Assembly (NCBI RefSeq): GCF_006345805.1 | Contig: NC_043003.1 | Span: 108,748,001 to 108,812,000 of the forward strand | Origin: Octopus sinensis | Lineage: Eukaryota | Length of the DNA stretch: 64,000 nucleotides | Direction of reading: 5' to 3' | Shown here: in pieces, positions 1 to 13,654 of the stretch | Numbering within the stretch: the first letter of the stretch is position 1 | Layout: each line of letters starts with the position of its first letter | Position numbers and translations under genes: made by a program | Notes under the pieces: generated by a model | Databases searched by the model: none | The model's input: the letters and a program-made list of their open reading frames with translations, nothing else | Told to the model about the DNA's origin: nothing

Positions 1-240
1 TCTCTCTTCTGAACAGCTAAGTTACAGAGATGTCAACAAACCAACACCAGTTGTCAAGCAGTGGAAGTGGACAAGCACACATGTGACTGGTTTCTTTCAA
101 TTTCAGTTGACCAAATCCACTCACAAGCTTTTGGTTGGCCCAGGGCTATAGCAGAAGACACTTGCCCAAGGTGCCACACAGTAGGACTGAACCCAGAACC
201 ACGTGATTGGGAAGCAAACTTCTTACCACACAGCCATGCT
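1..240 (-). mobile_element. Family A SINE, cut by the window edge
   Basis: Reverse-complement match to 58322-58600. Confidence 0.8.
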
Positions 241-351
241 TGCCCCTTAGAAACGGAGATGATTTGCATTACTCTTTTGGCCCAAATAAAATGGACCAAG
301 GTAAATATTGACAAGTCTGCAACAGTTTGGACAACATAATCAGCTCTTTAA

Positions 352-549
352 CCCTTTTGGTACTAAGCCACTAGAGAGACTGCCCTAGGTCCTACAATAC
401 AAACTTTTTGTTTTAAAGAAATATAAATTAAAACTATCAAAATTTCATGTTCTGAACCTCAGATTAATAATTATTTCATTAAATTCATAATTTTCAAAAA
501 CATTTAAATGAAGGCAGTGCATGTCAGTTAAAATGTGGTAACAAAAGGG
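352..549. mobile_element. piggyBac-like (TTAA|CCC...GGG) MITE
   Basis: ttaa|cccttttggtact ... ggtaacaaaaggg; related copies at ~3.9, 12.5, 14.2, 17.2, 26.1, 30.9 and 48.9 kb. Confidence 0.7.
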
Positions 550-1450
550 TTTGTCTTAGTTGTCATACCCTTCAAATATTGTTGTTAATTAACCCCCGGT
601 CAGTAATAAGTAAGCAGACCAATGCTTAAAAGGATTCTTTCTCTGATCTGACCATCCTACCATTTTATTCAAACAGTGTCTAAACCTGGAAAGAGCCAAC
701 AGTCAAAGCATCAAATCTTTGATCAGGAAGAGCCAAGGTTCCAATGAATGGAAGAGTCATGGTTTCCATGCCAAGTCTTATTCAGGGAGTTCACTTCAGG
801 AAGAAGACCATGGGGTTGTCATCTCCGAAGATACAAGGACCAACTCAACGCAACACTAAAAGCCACTGGAATTGAGCTCAAATCATTTGAAACACAAACC
901 TGAGACTGTACCAAGTGGTGGCATCTCATCACCAAGAGAAACAAAAACTGTGGAACCACCCAAAGAGAAAAGGAAGAAGTCAAATGACGGGCAAAAAAGG
1001 GTGGACAAAATCAACCTCCACCGTCCAGTCAATGCCATCAACTCTTCTATGTAAGAATTGGTCTACAGTCATCAACAGTATCACCATAAAGGAAACATTC
1101 AAACATTCAGCAAAGATGAAAATAAATGCTTGGATACAAAATAAAGCTGTCGCCACCACCGAGGTTCTGGAAACTGCATTATCCAAAATGTTTTACATTT
1201 CTTTATTAAAGACAGATGTGGTTGAAGGGAAATTTGTCTTATTTCTAGCAGGATGAGCGACCAACTAGAGGCTCACTCTTACAGGCTTGTTTAAAAGCAG
1301 TTGTTTTAGTACCTTGGTCAGCTTTTAAGCAAAGCAATGAAACAGAGGCAGCGGATTGATAGAGAGAAAATGTTGGAATCCAGAGATGCTGACATGTTTT
1401 ATTACATACTGAGAACATGCTGCTGTCTATTCTGCCATTCCACGTCAAGT

Positions 1451-1458
1451 GGTGTGTG

Positions 1459-1489
<31 letters not shown>

Positions 1490-1574
1490 AGTGCGTGTGA
1501 GTAGTGTGGTGCATGAGTGTAGTGCAGTGTGCAAATGTGTATATTGCATTGTGTATGGTGAAGTGTGTGTGAGC

Positions 1575-1659
<85 letters not shown>

Positions 1660-2190
1660 CACACATACATATATATATACGCATACACACATATATACAC
1701 ACACACATATATACACATACACACATATATAAATATAAATATACACACACACATATATACATACACACACATATATATACATACACACACATATATACAT
1801 ACACACACATATATACATACACACACATATATATACATACACACATATATATACATACACACATATATATACATACACACACACACACATATACATACAC
1901 ACACATATACATACACACACATATACATACACACACATATATATATATATATATATACATACACACACACACACATACATACACACACACACAGATAAAT
2001 ACACACACACAGAGATAAATACACACACACACACATATATATACACACACACACACACATATTTACACACACACACACACATATATATATACACACACAC
2101 ACACATATTTACACACACACACACATATATATATACACACACACACACACATATATATATACACACACATACACACACACATATATATAT
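1451..2190. repeat. Large compound (TG)n/(CA)n(TA)n microsatellite
   Basis: Directly visible; source of the VCVCIY/HTHIY pseudo-ORFs. Similar tracts occur throughout the window. Confidence 0.98.
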
Positions 2191-2194
2191 CTCA

Positions 2195-2780
2195 CAGGTG
2201 TAGATGTGGCTGTGGTAAGAATCTTTTTTCTCAACCACATGGTTCCAGGTTCAGTCCCACTGTGTGACACCTTGGACAAGTGTCTTTTACTATAGCCTCA
2301 GGCTGACCAGAGCCTTGTGAGTGGATTTGGTAGGCAGAATGTGTATATAAGTATGCATATATGTACATGTGTGTGTGTGTGTGTGTGTTTCCCCCCCCCC
2401 CACTGCTTGACAACCAGTTTTGGTGTGTTTGTCTTCATAACTTAGCAGTTCAGTAAAAATAATTGATAGAATAAGTACCAAGCTTTAAAAAAATAAGTAC
2501 TTGGCTCAGTTCATTCAGGCAGTGCTCCAGCCAGGCCACAGCCTGATGACTGAAACAAGTAAAAAATTAAAGGAGTGGGTGTGTTTGCCATCCCCCACTG
2601 CTGCTTGACAACCAGTTTTGGTGTGTTTGTCTTCATAACTTAGCAGTTCAGCAAAAGTGACTGATAGAATAAGTACCAGGCTTTAAAAAATAAGTACTGG
2701 GATCGATTCATTCGCCTAAAAAAAATTCAAGGCGGTGCCCCAGCATGGCCACAGTCTAATGACTGAAACAAGTAGAAGAA
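2195..2780 (+). mobile_element. Family A SINE with tandemly duplicated 3' half
   Basis: ctgcttgacaaccagttttggtgtgtttgtcttcataacttagcagttcag occurs at ~2403 and ~2603, each followed by the tail. Confidence 0.85.
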
Positions 2781-3486
2781 TATGGTGGTGCAGCATGTCT
2801 GTAGGGTGGACACAATGTTGCTGATGATATTATGATTTCAGATTTGCATGTGAATTGCTTTTACGTTCCAAGTTCTACATTCAGCGATGACATTCCAAGA
2901 ATGTCTCCATAGCAGCAAATATTGTAGAATGATGCAACTATGTCTAAACTACATAATCTAAAATGTTTTACATTTCTTTACAAAGTGTGATTTGAGGGAA
3001 ATTTGGCTGCTATTTCTAGCGGCTGGAGCAAGCACATGAGTTTGTGGTTGGTTTGTAGGACACACTGCAGCAGAGAGACTGTATGTGTGTATGCAAGTGT
3101 TTGAGTATTTCAAATCAGTTCACATTTAAGATTACTTTGTAGTATACTCCAAAAGCTTCAGCCATTACTGCAGTTGTAAATTAATTAAATTTATTAGACA
3201 CAGGAGACAGTTGTAAAAGTCTGTCATATCTGTTATTCCATAAGTAACCACAGACAGTGCAATAAAGTTCGACTATACGCAGCCAATTCTTGTTCATTAA
3301 CTTTCATCACCAATTGGATATTTATACATTTTAAAGCCACTGTCAAATTGTACTTCTAGCACCTGACATTGGATGGAGCTCAATGCAGTCCTCTGGTTCA
3401 TGGAAATCTTTGCAAACAGTCCGACTCATGCTAGCATGGAAGAGGGATGTTAGGTGATGACGATGATAATGATACTGATAATGGAT

Positions 3487-3780
3487 GCAGGGGTGGCTGT
3501 GTGGCAAGAAGCTTGCTTTCCAACGACAGGGTGCTGGGTTCAGTCTCACTGCTTGGCATCTTGGGTAAGTGTCAACCAAAGCCTTGCAAGTGGATTTGGT
3601 AGATGGAAACTGAAAGAAGACCACCTTACATGTGTGTGTTTGTGGCTTAGGGGTTTAGCAGGAGAGACTGATAGAATAAGTATTAGGCTTACAAAGAATA
3701 AGTCCTGGGGTCGATTTGTTTGACTGAAAACCTTAAAGGCAGTGCTCCAGCATGGCCACAGTCTAATGGCGAACAAATAA
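3487..3780 (+). mobile_element. Family A SINE (internally deleted)
   Basis: Head gtggctgtgtggcaagaagc and tail cagcatggccacagtc. Confidence 0.8.
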
Positions 3781-4415
3781 CAGTAACTAAATCAGGAAGA
3801 CTGATTTGAATATTAGACATTTTCAAATTAGTTGTTAGAATTCTTTTTTTTTCCTGTTTTAAATTTTTGTACAAGGTCCTAAATTTGTTTAACCCTTTTG
3901 ATATTGACATGCCTCAGACCACGCCCAGTTCTCTGATACAAGCTCCCTAATTTGAACTGATCTAAATTAAAACCTTCCGTTAAAACTTCATGTTAATTGA
4001 TGTTCGAAACACAAGCTTAATACTTTAATAAATTTGTCATCATTTTCAAGTGTAATTTAACCAACATAAATACGGTAACAAGTGGGTCAAGAGGAATACA
4101 GACGTTCATTCAAACACTTAATGTTAATCCCACTCGTTCACTGATCCCAACAGGTTGATGATGAGTTGTTGTCATTGTCATGACATCGATTTTTTGCCTG
4201 CTTTTTCTATTCAGGTGATATGGCATGGATGATACTTCTTGAAGCAGGACTCAATAGTCAGATGCCATTCCTGGTCCCAAACCTTTGCTTGTTTTCAAGT
4301 AAGATACTGTTTCCTACGGCTTTGTATTTCAAATAGCTGCAAGCATTTTATTTGTGGAAGCCATGAATATCACTACAGAAGCAGTGAAGGCACACATGCT
4401 CACATACATAAAATA

Positions 4416-4878
4416 CCATAAATACTCGAGTATAGTCCGCCCTTGAGTATAATATGCAGGGGATTTTTAGGGGGCTGTGCTTCTGAAAAACCTAATACGC
4501 ACCCCTTCTCTAACTTGAGTCATGCGTAATACAATAATGGTGATGTTCTTAACTGTTATATGGGAATGTAAATATGTTTGCAAATTGTTTTTGTTACATG
4601 TTATTCTGTGTTCGGAATACTTTTATTTTAATAAATGTTGCTTACTGCAAGTTATGGATGATTCTTTTATGACTTCATTACTTTCAGGCTTAGCTTAAGG
4701 TATTTTTGCGCCCGACATCACAAAATGTGTCGGAATAAGCATTGCTGGGCAGCAAATAGAGACTTGGACATTGCTTAGAAAATATTTTTCAATTTTTAAC
4801 CTCGTATATAGTACGCACTAGCGATTTTGACCATTAAATTTTGGGGAAAAAATGCGGATTATACTTGAGGATTTATGG
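4416..4878. mobile_element. pogo/Tigger-like MITE, 25-bp TIRs, TA TSD
   Basis: ta|ccataaatactcgagtatagtccgc ... gcggattatacttgaggatttatgg|ta (3 mismatches). Confidence 0.85.
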
Positions 4879-6029
4879 TACTCCAATGCAATTTCTGCCT
4901 ATCAAATTTCATTTGCAAGACATTGGACAAACCGAGGCAATAATACAAGATGTTTGCCCAAAGAACCATGCAGTGAAACGGAGCCGAACCAGGTGGTTTC
5001 AGAGTGAACTTCTAAACCACATGTGTGTGTGTGTGTGTGTGTGTTAACACATAATGTAGTTGTATAAGTGAATACACATACAACAGCTGGCATACCTGTG
5101 TGGTTAAGAAGCTTGTTTCCCAACCACATGGCCTTGGGTTCAGTTCCACTATGCAGATCTTGAGCAAGTGTCTTCTATAGTCCCAGGCTGAAGCCCCCAG
5201 GTGGAAACTGAGAGAAATCATGCATGTCTGTTTGTGCGTTCGTCTGTATCCATCACTTGATACCACATGACAGCTATAAACAAACAAGTGATGTTGTTAT
5301 GTTTCTATTCATTGGTGAGGGCCATGCTTGGCTGTTGGGAAATATTACCTTGTTTGGAAACAGGTGAGGGTAAGAAACAAGAAAGGGCGTCCAGTCACAG
5401 AAAAGGAGTCTTGATGCATTCCATTTGACAGATGCAGGCAAGGAAAAGTGGATGTTAGCAGATAATGATAATGAGAGTTGTTGATGGCAACAGAACGGAC
5501 AGAGAGGAAATAAGATTGCCTGAGTTGGAAACCTTTCTCAATTTTATTAGCTTAGTAATAAATGACAGAATAGTTATAAATCTAATAATAGAAACTTGTT
5601 TGTTGACTGCTTACCTAAAGCTTCTCTCTCCAACACAAATACAGTCCATAACAATAACAATAAAAGCAATGACACTCATTTCATTGACTGTTCAACATAC
5701 ACACACACACACATATATATACATATATATACACATATATATACACATATATATATATATGTATGTATTACAATTTTGAAAATAATGATTTCTTACACAA
5801 GTAGAAGGCTTCAAATTTGGAAGTCTCATAGTGTTGGTTGTATTAACTTGAATACTGTGGACAATTACTTTATTTAAGGCAGAGTTCACCTCAGCCGGTT
5901 TTAACAGTAATCATACAAACTCAGCTAAATGTCACAAAGCATTCTGCATACGCTCCAGTGAGTCTGTAAATTCTCTGCATTTATTTTTTTTTCTTAAATT
6001 ATAATAGAAATAATGATTTCTAATAGTCA

Positions 6030-7985
6030 CAGTTTGAACTTCGGCAGAATTTCAATTCAGAGTGTAAAAAGTTGGAGGAAATGTTGCTAAGAATTTTTGT
6101 CTGATACAGTAATGATTCTGCCAGCTTGCCACCTTTACCATAATAATAGTAATAATAATAATATACATAACAAAAACACCAGGACTTACAAGTATATACA
6201 ACACACAGAAAATAGCACTGCATGCATCCTATGTAAAACACTTTCAATACAGTGGAAATAAGAGCACCACAACAAACTACAGCACATACCCAAGCCACAC
6301 AAAGCTGTGCTCGGTGGTGCAGTGAAAGCACGTGATAAGAATAGGACTATTGAATAATGATAATATTAATCCTTTCTACTATAGGTAAAAGATCGGAAAT
6401 TTTTGGGGAGAGGACTAGTTGATTACATTGACCCTAGTCTTTCACTGATGCTTAATTTATTGATAGCAAAAGGCTAAGAGGCAAAGTTGACCGTAGCAGA
6501 ATTTGAACCCAGAACATAGAGATAGGTGAAATACTGCTATGCATTTCGCCCAGCAGGTGAACAACTCTGCCAGATCATCACCTTGAATAATAATGATAAT
6601 CCTTCCTACTAAAGGCACAAGGCCTGAAACTTGGAGGGAGGGGGTAGCTGATTACACTGACCCCAGTTCATAACTGGTACTTATTTCATTGACCCTGAAA
6701 GGATGAAAGGTAAAGTTCAGTGGAATTTTAAATCAGAACATAAAAACAGGCAAAGTACCACTAAGCATTTTGCCCAACATGGTAACAGTTCTGCCAGCTT
6801 GCCACTTTAATAATAATAATAATAATAATAATTCATTCTACTATTGCAGCAGCTACCAACCTGTGGTCCGCAAACTAAATTCAAAATTTCACACACACAC
6901 ACATACATACATACATAAAGATGAGCATATTAAAAGGGGTCCTTGGGAAAACTCATTTAAATAAAAGAGGTCTCTGGTAGTGAAAAGGTTGGAAACCACT
7001 GTACTATAAGGACAAGGCCTGAAAATCAGGTGGGAGGGGACTTGTTGAATATATAAACCCCATTCAGCTGGTATTAATAATGATATTATTATTTCTAACA
7101 CAGAATCAAGGCCTGAAATTTGACAGAGAGGAATAGTTGATTATACCACCTCCTGCACTTGATGGTACTTCACTTTACTGACCCTGCAGGGAATGAAAAA
7201 CAAAGTTGACCATGGTATGATTTGAGCTCAAAACCTGAATAAAGGTCACAAAGCATTTTGACCAATGCTATTTTGTCCACCAGTCTGATGATGATGATGA
7301 TGATGATGATAACAATAATAATAATAATAATACTTTCTGCTATAGGCACATGGCATGAAATTCAGGGCAAAGGAGCAAGTGAAGTATATTGATTCCAATG
7401 CTCATTCGGTACTTATTCTGACACCGAAAATAAAAGGAAAGTACGAACTTGGATAGTAAAACCAGCAGAGAAGCTACTAAGCATTTGTCCAGCATGCAAA
7501 GGATTCTACCAGCTTGCCATCTTAATAATAAAAATAATAATCCTTTCTACTACAGGCACAAGGCCCGAAATTTTGGGGAGAGGGTTAGACAGTTACACTG
7601 ATTTCAGTGCTCAATTGATACTTATTTTATCGACCCCAAAAGGATGAAAGGTAAAGTCAACCATCACAGAATTTGAACTCAGAACGTAGACTGATGAAAT
7701 ACCGCTAAGCATATGTCCAGCATGCTGATGATTCTTATTTCCTTATTGCCCACAAGGGGCTAAACATAGAGGGGACAAACAAGGACATTAAGTTGATTAC
7801 ATCGACCCCAGTGCGTAACTGGTACTTAATTTATCGACCCCAAAAGGATGAAAGGCAAAGTCAACCTCGGCAGAATTTGAACTCAGAATGTAGCGGCAGA
7901 CGAAATACTGCTAAGCATTTCGCCCAGCGTGCTAACGATTCTGCCAGCTCGCCGCCTAATGATTCTACCGGCTTGCTATCTTAAT
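6030..7985 (-). mobile_element. Chain of about 7-8 same-orientation family B SINEs separated by (TAA)n, including a nested young copy at 7736-7955
   Basis: Repeated aaggatgaaagg.aaagt...gaatttgaactcagaa...ctaagcattt...ccagcttgcc units. The nested copy is flanked by ct(g/a)atgattct at 7725-7735 and 7956-7966. Confidence 0.85.
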
Positions 7986-8989
7986 AATATTCATAATTTT
8001 GTTTTAATGAGTGCATAGTCAATATCTGCAATATTTCTTTTGTCAGTAAAACAAATCTCAGTATGATACTATTGAAACATTTTGTTGATTTCCCTTTTAA
8101 CGTTTGAAACTTTATAATCATGGAAATAAGAAAAAATACATCAAACTGTCTTCTCTAAAATACAGTACCTATATCAATTTAATCACCTAGTAACGGTGGT
8201 GCTAAAAGTAGTAATAGTAGTAACAATAGCAGCATTGATAACAGAGTTGATGCAAAACACACCTCTCACCCTTTAGTCAGTTTGGCTGAAACCCAAACCA
8301 CTTGACCTTTCTGATATCCAGCTAGATCATCTAAAACTTAAGTGTTGATTGATCTGATCAAACACTGCCGCTCAAGTAATATATAGTGATTCTAAGCGCT
8401 AATAATTTATATTCAAATTTTGTTTGCTTTCAAATGCCCTCTCTCCATTGCTATATCTAATAAAAAATGCATATGCCTTTGGCAGAGAGGTATTGGCGTC
8501 AAGATACACATCATAGTTGAATAGAAATGCAATTTAGTTAGTAACAAAAGAATATCTAAGTTTTACAGGCAGTAGTCACTGTTTTGAAGACCACAACTCT
8601 ACACCCACCTCCATATACCTCTTAACCTATAGAATCCTTTCTGGATTCTCACTTAGAACTTTAAAGTGTATTTTACCAAAGTATTTTCCAGGTGTGGCTC
8701 TGTGGTAAAAAGTCTTTCCTAATCATGCGGTCTTGGGTTTAATCTCACTGCATGCTACCTTGAGCAAGTATCTTCCACTACAGACAATTGCGTGTGCATC
8801 CATGCGTGTGTGTAAAAAGGAAAATGCTAAAATTTTATGTTGGAAAAAAAATATACTTTCATGAAATAAAATATACTTTTATGAAATAAAATATTTACAT
8901 AGTTGCCTGGCTAACCATGACGAAATAGTTGGTCATGACTAGCATAAGCGAAACAAGTTGGCTATGTAAATTTTATTTCAGAAAATTCT

Positions 8990-10000
8990 TATCTTTCATT
9001 TGTTTAAGTCATTAGACTGCAACCATACTGGGGTACCACCTTGAAGAATTTTAGTCAAATGAATCAACCCTGGTACTTATTTTTAAAGACTGGTACTTAT
9101 TCTATTGGTCTCTTTTGCCAAGCTGCTAAGCTATGGGGATATAAACATATCAACATCAGCTGTCAAGCTGTAGTAGGGGGAAAACAGAGACACACAGAGA
9201 TATTTGTATATTTACAATGAGGCTCTTTTAGATTCTGTCTACCAAATTCATTCACAAGGCTTTGGTCAGCCCAAGGTGCCACACAGCAGGACTGAACCTG
9301 GAATCAAATGGTTAGGTAGCAAACTTCTTACCACACAGCTATGCCTGCATCTAATTTTACTCTTTTACGCGTTTCAGTCATTTGGCTGCAGCTATGCTGG
9401 AGCACCACCTTTAGTTGAAGAAACTGACCCCAGGACTTATTCTTTGTAAGCCTAGTACTTATTCTATTGGTCTCTTTTGCTGAACCACAAAATTTTGGGG
9501 CCATAAGCACATCCCATTAGTCATCAAGCGATGGTGGAGGGACAAACACACACACAAATATATTGGCTTTCGGTACAAACGGTTTTTTATACAGTGCTAT
9601 TTTTACAATCCTATAAATAATAATAATGGTATTTTTTTTTATATAAGCTTAAAGCGACCACTGTGCCATGATTAAGGAAAAAAAGTCTAATAAAGGGATG
9701 TGGATTTGACTCCCATGCGGATAGGAAAGCCTTCTTTTTTTCTGTCGAGTGCTTATATACCCTTTTATTAGACTATTTTTCTTAGTCATTGCATGGTGAT
9801 AGCTTTAAGCTTTAAGCTTATATAAAAATACACACACACAACAGGCTTCTTTCAGTTTCCATCGACTAAATCCACTCACAAGGCTTTGGTCGGCTTGAGG
9901 CTATAGTAGAAGACACTTGCACAAGGTGCCATGCAGTGGGACTGAACATGGAACCATGTGGTTGGTAAGCAAGCCACTTACCACACAGCCATACCTGTGC
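8990..10000 (-). mobile_element. Two tandem family A SINEs, the second interrupted by a hairpin MITE
   Basis: Heads at ~9345 and ~9995 (cttaccacacagc), tails at ~8995 and ~9360. Confidence 0.8.
9636..9828. mobile_element. Hairpin MITE with ~60-bp inverted arms
   Basis: ttttatataagcttaaagc...agtctaataaaggg / cccttttattagact...gctttaagcttatataaaa. Confidence 0.75.
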
Positions 10001-11095
10001 CTATTTGTATATTTTTTCCAACATACAATTTCTGCGTTTTTCCTTGGAATTTTTTCGTTGAACCTTTTCACTATATACATACATACATATATACACACAC
10101 TCACATACATATATACATATATGTATACATCTGTGTGTGCGTGTGTGGCTTGGGGTTTGTTCTCCAACCCATCACTTGACATCTGTTGGTTTATTTACAC
10201 CCTCATAACTTATATGTTCAGCAAAAAGAGACCTATAGAATAAGTACCATGCTTACAATAAATGCTGGGATCAATTTCTCTGGCCAAACCCTTCAAGATG
10301 GTGCCTCAGCATGGCCACAGTCCAAAGACCGAAACAAGTAAAATACAAAAGCTATGAGGTGTTGGTGTTATATCAAGATATCCCTCCGTATTATTGGCAG
10401 CATCCCAGTTGAAATATAATGTCAGAGAAGCAAATGCTTCAAGACTAAAATATATCTTGGTAGTAGCAACAACCCTTCAATTAGTGTTCAGTGAAAACAT
10501 ATTCTCACCTCATGCACTTATTTTAAGAGACTGAGAAATGTTATTGCGAAAACACTACTGCTGAGTATCTTAAAAACCAATTTCCTCTTCACACATAAAA
10601 AGCCTAAAAATCTGGTATCAGCAAGAGCATGAACGTGTGTGTGCGTGTGTGATATACACATACGTACAAAGTATTATGTGGCAGACATTATTATAAAACT
10701 TGTTTATATAGTAGTAATTAGCTTCAATTATAATTTCATTGTTGAAACACTAATTTCATAAAAGAAATAATGTTTATAGTCAAACTGCTAAAAAGATGTT
10801 AACCATCTCAATTGGCAAACAAGTCTAAACAACTCTCGAGGAAGTGCTTATGTTACTAAGGTGCATGTTTACTTTTTACAATAACAAACATTACATTAAA
10901 TGAAAACTACTGATGAAAAAAAAAATAAAAATAATAACACGAAAAATAATTATGTCTGACAACATTCCAGAAAGTCGTAACATATTTTGTTTTCTTTTCA
11001 AAATGGTTCTCAAGTTAGAAAGACATTTTGAAAATCATTATGATAACCACTCTGCTTTGGACATTTTAAGAAGTGAAGATTGTAGCTAAAGGATG

Positions 11096-11407
11096 TTGTT
11101 GTTGTTGTTTGTTCCTTCTCGAGCCATGCCTGGCTCATAAGGGCCGGTTTCCCGGTTTCTTGGCGTATAGGTTCCCCACCTGGACGGGACACCAGTCTGT
11201 AGCAGGTGAGTTACAAGATGCAGGAGGAAAGAGTGAGAGAAAGTTGTGACGAAAGAGTCAGCAGAAGCTCACCATTACCTTCTGCCGGAGCCGCGTGGAG
11301 CTTAGGTGTTTCGCTCATAAACACACACATCGCCCGGTCTGAGATTCGAACCTACGATCCCTCGACCGCGAGTCCGCAGCTCTAACCACTAGGCCATGTG
11401 CCTCCAC
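11096..11407 (-). mobile_element. Young tRNA-derived SINE (family C) with (CAA)n tail and 12-bp TSD
   Basis: TSD agctaaaggatg at 11084-11095 and 11408-11419. Head has A box TGGCCTAGTGG and B box GGTTCGAATC; CpGs are retained. Confidence 0.92.
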
Positions 11408-11962
11408 AGCTAAAGGATGAAACAAAGTGAATCTACACAGAATGTGATAAGAAAATCAATGGACCCAGGAGTACAACTGTTGCTAAACAGACAAAATGCC
11501 ATGAACTTTGGGGAGAGAGAGGAAGATAATTGAATCAGCCGCCCCCCTACTTAAAGGCAAAGTTGACCTGGAAGGATTTCAGCACAGAAATGTAAAGAGC
11601 TGGGACAAATACCACACAGCATTTTATTCTATAATTTCGCCAGTCTACCATACTGTGAATAATAACCAAAGGTGGTTGTAATGATGATAAGTTCAAATCC
11701 AATGAAGGTCAAGCTTTCTTTTTCTCTTTCTAGATTCAAAAAATAAAGTATTGGTCAAGTACTGAGGTTGGCTTAATTGACAAACCCCCTTCCCATACAA
11801 GGTTTTGGCACTGTGTTGAATTAGAAACGATTAGTATTGTCATAAAAATCATACCAACAAGACCTGAGAGAGAAGAAGGCCTTCTTTATCAGAAACATGA
11901 CAGAGCAGTAAAATCTAAAGGGAGAGCGAGGCAGAGCTGAAAAAGCAGGCATTCAAGTAGAA

Positions 11963-12283
11963 CAGTGGTTCAACCTTTGATTACTATTTTACCTCTGGTG
12001 CCCCCCCCCCCGCCATTTGATGCTTAAAAATTAGTCTTATAGATACTTCTTTTAAAGTTCCTATTTTGTTTTTTCATACATTAACTTGTGAAGGTTGAAC
12101 TATGTAAAATGTTAGAGAAAGAAACTTAGCTTTCTTACATTAAATACATCAGAAGCAAAACTTTTTCATGAACCCTTAATATACTACTGTAAATCCTCAA
12201 TTTTGCTTGCATCAACCCCTAAACACCTTACATGGAAGTCCCCACCCTCCTGGGGTCATATAAATCCTGGTTGAGAACTACTG
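11963..12283. mobile_element. hAT/Charlie-like MITE
   Basis: cagtggttcaacc ... ggttgagaactactg; imperfect 8-bp flanks aagtagaa/aactagag. A similar element lies at ~6848-7001. Confidence 0.65.
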
Positions 12284-13002
12284 AACTAGAGAGAAGCAGA
12301 ACAAATAGCTCAGATTTGAGAATGGTGGAGAAAAGTTGTTGATGGCCTGAGCTCTATAGAAAGTGAAGAACTTAAGGAGTGGAAAAGAATATTGTTGTAC
12401 TAGAAATGTGTGCTAATATAAATGACAATAAATATGTTATTAATGTACAGAAGGAAGGTTGTGGGGGCCATTAATGAACCTTAAAGTACACTAAAGTTAA
12501 TAGGGTATGGGATAAGTATGTCTGTCGGCACAAGCTCCATTTTAACCCTTTCCTGAAACACTCATCCTCCTCATACTATGAAACAAACTTCTTGTTTTCA
12601 ATTAAAATTAAAACCTTCCATCAAAATCTTTGTGCCTATGTTCTAAACACCATTTAATAATGAAAATTATTTTAATAATTCCTTCATTATTCTTCAAACA
12701 AATTGAAACAAAAGCAGTTTGTTTCAACAGAAATATAGTAATGAGAACATTCAAAATGTTTTCTTATCATAAAAAGAGGATGAAGGGACAAAAAAACAAA
12801 AAGCAAAAAAGAGGCTCTCATTCCAGACACAAGTGAACACTTTGCTGTTGTCAGGTGTGGCAACACTACTCTCACTGAAGTTGTCAGGGGTGAAAGACCA
12901 TTGTGAGTAATGAGAGAGAATAAATCTCTGGTAGAAACATTGAATGTGCAGAGTTCTTAAATGTTTCAGTGACCATTAGATCCAATACTCGAGATACATT
13001 AA

Positions 13003-13382
13003 CCCTTTCATTGCTGTATTTCTGTTGAGATGCTCTCTGTTTCTTTCAATTACTTTAAATATCACGGAGTGGTTGGCGTTAGGAAGGGCATCCAGCCGTA
13101 GAAACACTGCCAGATTTGACTGGGCCTGATGAAGCCTTCTGGCTTCACAGACCCCAGTAGAACCGTCCAACCCATGCTAGCATGGAAAACGGACGCTAAA
13201 TGATGATGATGATGATGATGATAACAAAGAATTTAGTAAAATAACTTAGTTACCATTCAGCTAGTGTTAGGAACATAAATTGAGACTAAGGTTTGGCAGC
13301 AGATTTTAATTCAAAACTTATGAAAACAAGACATTTGTACTCAGAGCCAGAGCCGGTTTCAGCCAGGTTGGTAACAAAAGGG
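13003..13382. mobile_element. piggyBac-like MITE with intact TTAA TSDs, interrupted by an RTE tail
   Basis: ttaa|ccctttc at 12999-13009 and aaaaggg|ttaa at 13376-13386. Confidence 0.85.
13063..13221 (+). mobile_element. RTE 3'-end fragment with (TGA)n tail, inserted in a TTAA MITE
   Basis: Closely matches the reverse complement of 54352-54510 (ggagtggttggcgttaggaagggcatccagc...ccatgctagcatggaaa..ggacg.taaatgatgatg). Confidence 0.85.
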
Positions 13383-13654
13383 TTAATAGAGGATCACAGA
13401 TGCAATTCTCGATCAATTTCAGCATCTGATCAGCATTCTACTCAGTAAAATCCCATTTTTTAAACTTTATAAAATATCACAGTTTTGAAACTTAAAAACA
13501 TGTAGTTCCAATTCTAATGATAACAGACCTGCTGTTTCACCCAAGGTTAGTCTTGAGTAAAGGAATATAAGTTTGAAGTAATTCTAGCTGTGAAGATCAT
13601 ATTTTGCTTTTGCATAACTGGGACTACAATAGTCAATGTGTCTTCCTCTTTTAA

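Noticed and set aside
690-1256. Unique-looking segment with short plus-strand ORFs and loose aagagcca repeats
   Set aside because: No splice signals or recognisable motif; cannot be assigned.
1245-2238. Long ORFs of 189-285 aa (VCVCIY/HTHIY-rich)
   Set aside because: Translations of (CA)n/(TA)n microsatellite. The same applies to ORFs at 5.5, 20, 33.3, 42.5, 51.3 and 62.2 kb.
2865-2957. 93-nt phase 2-2 open segment on the minus strand
   Set aside because: Poor donor (AAC|gtaaaa) and minimal pyrimidine tract; likely chance.
11330-11407. tRNA-like sequence (also 21800-21870)
   Set aside because: SINE head: continues into a SINE body and tail, with a TSD in the 11.1-kb copy, and no clear acceptor stem.
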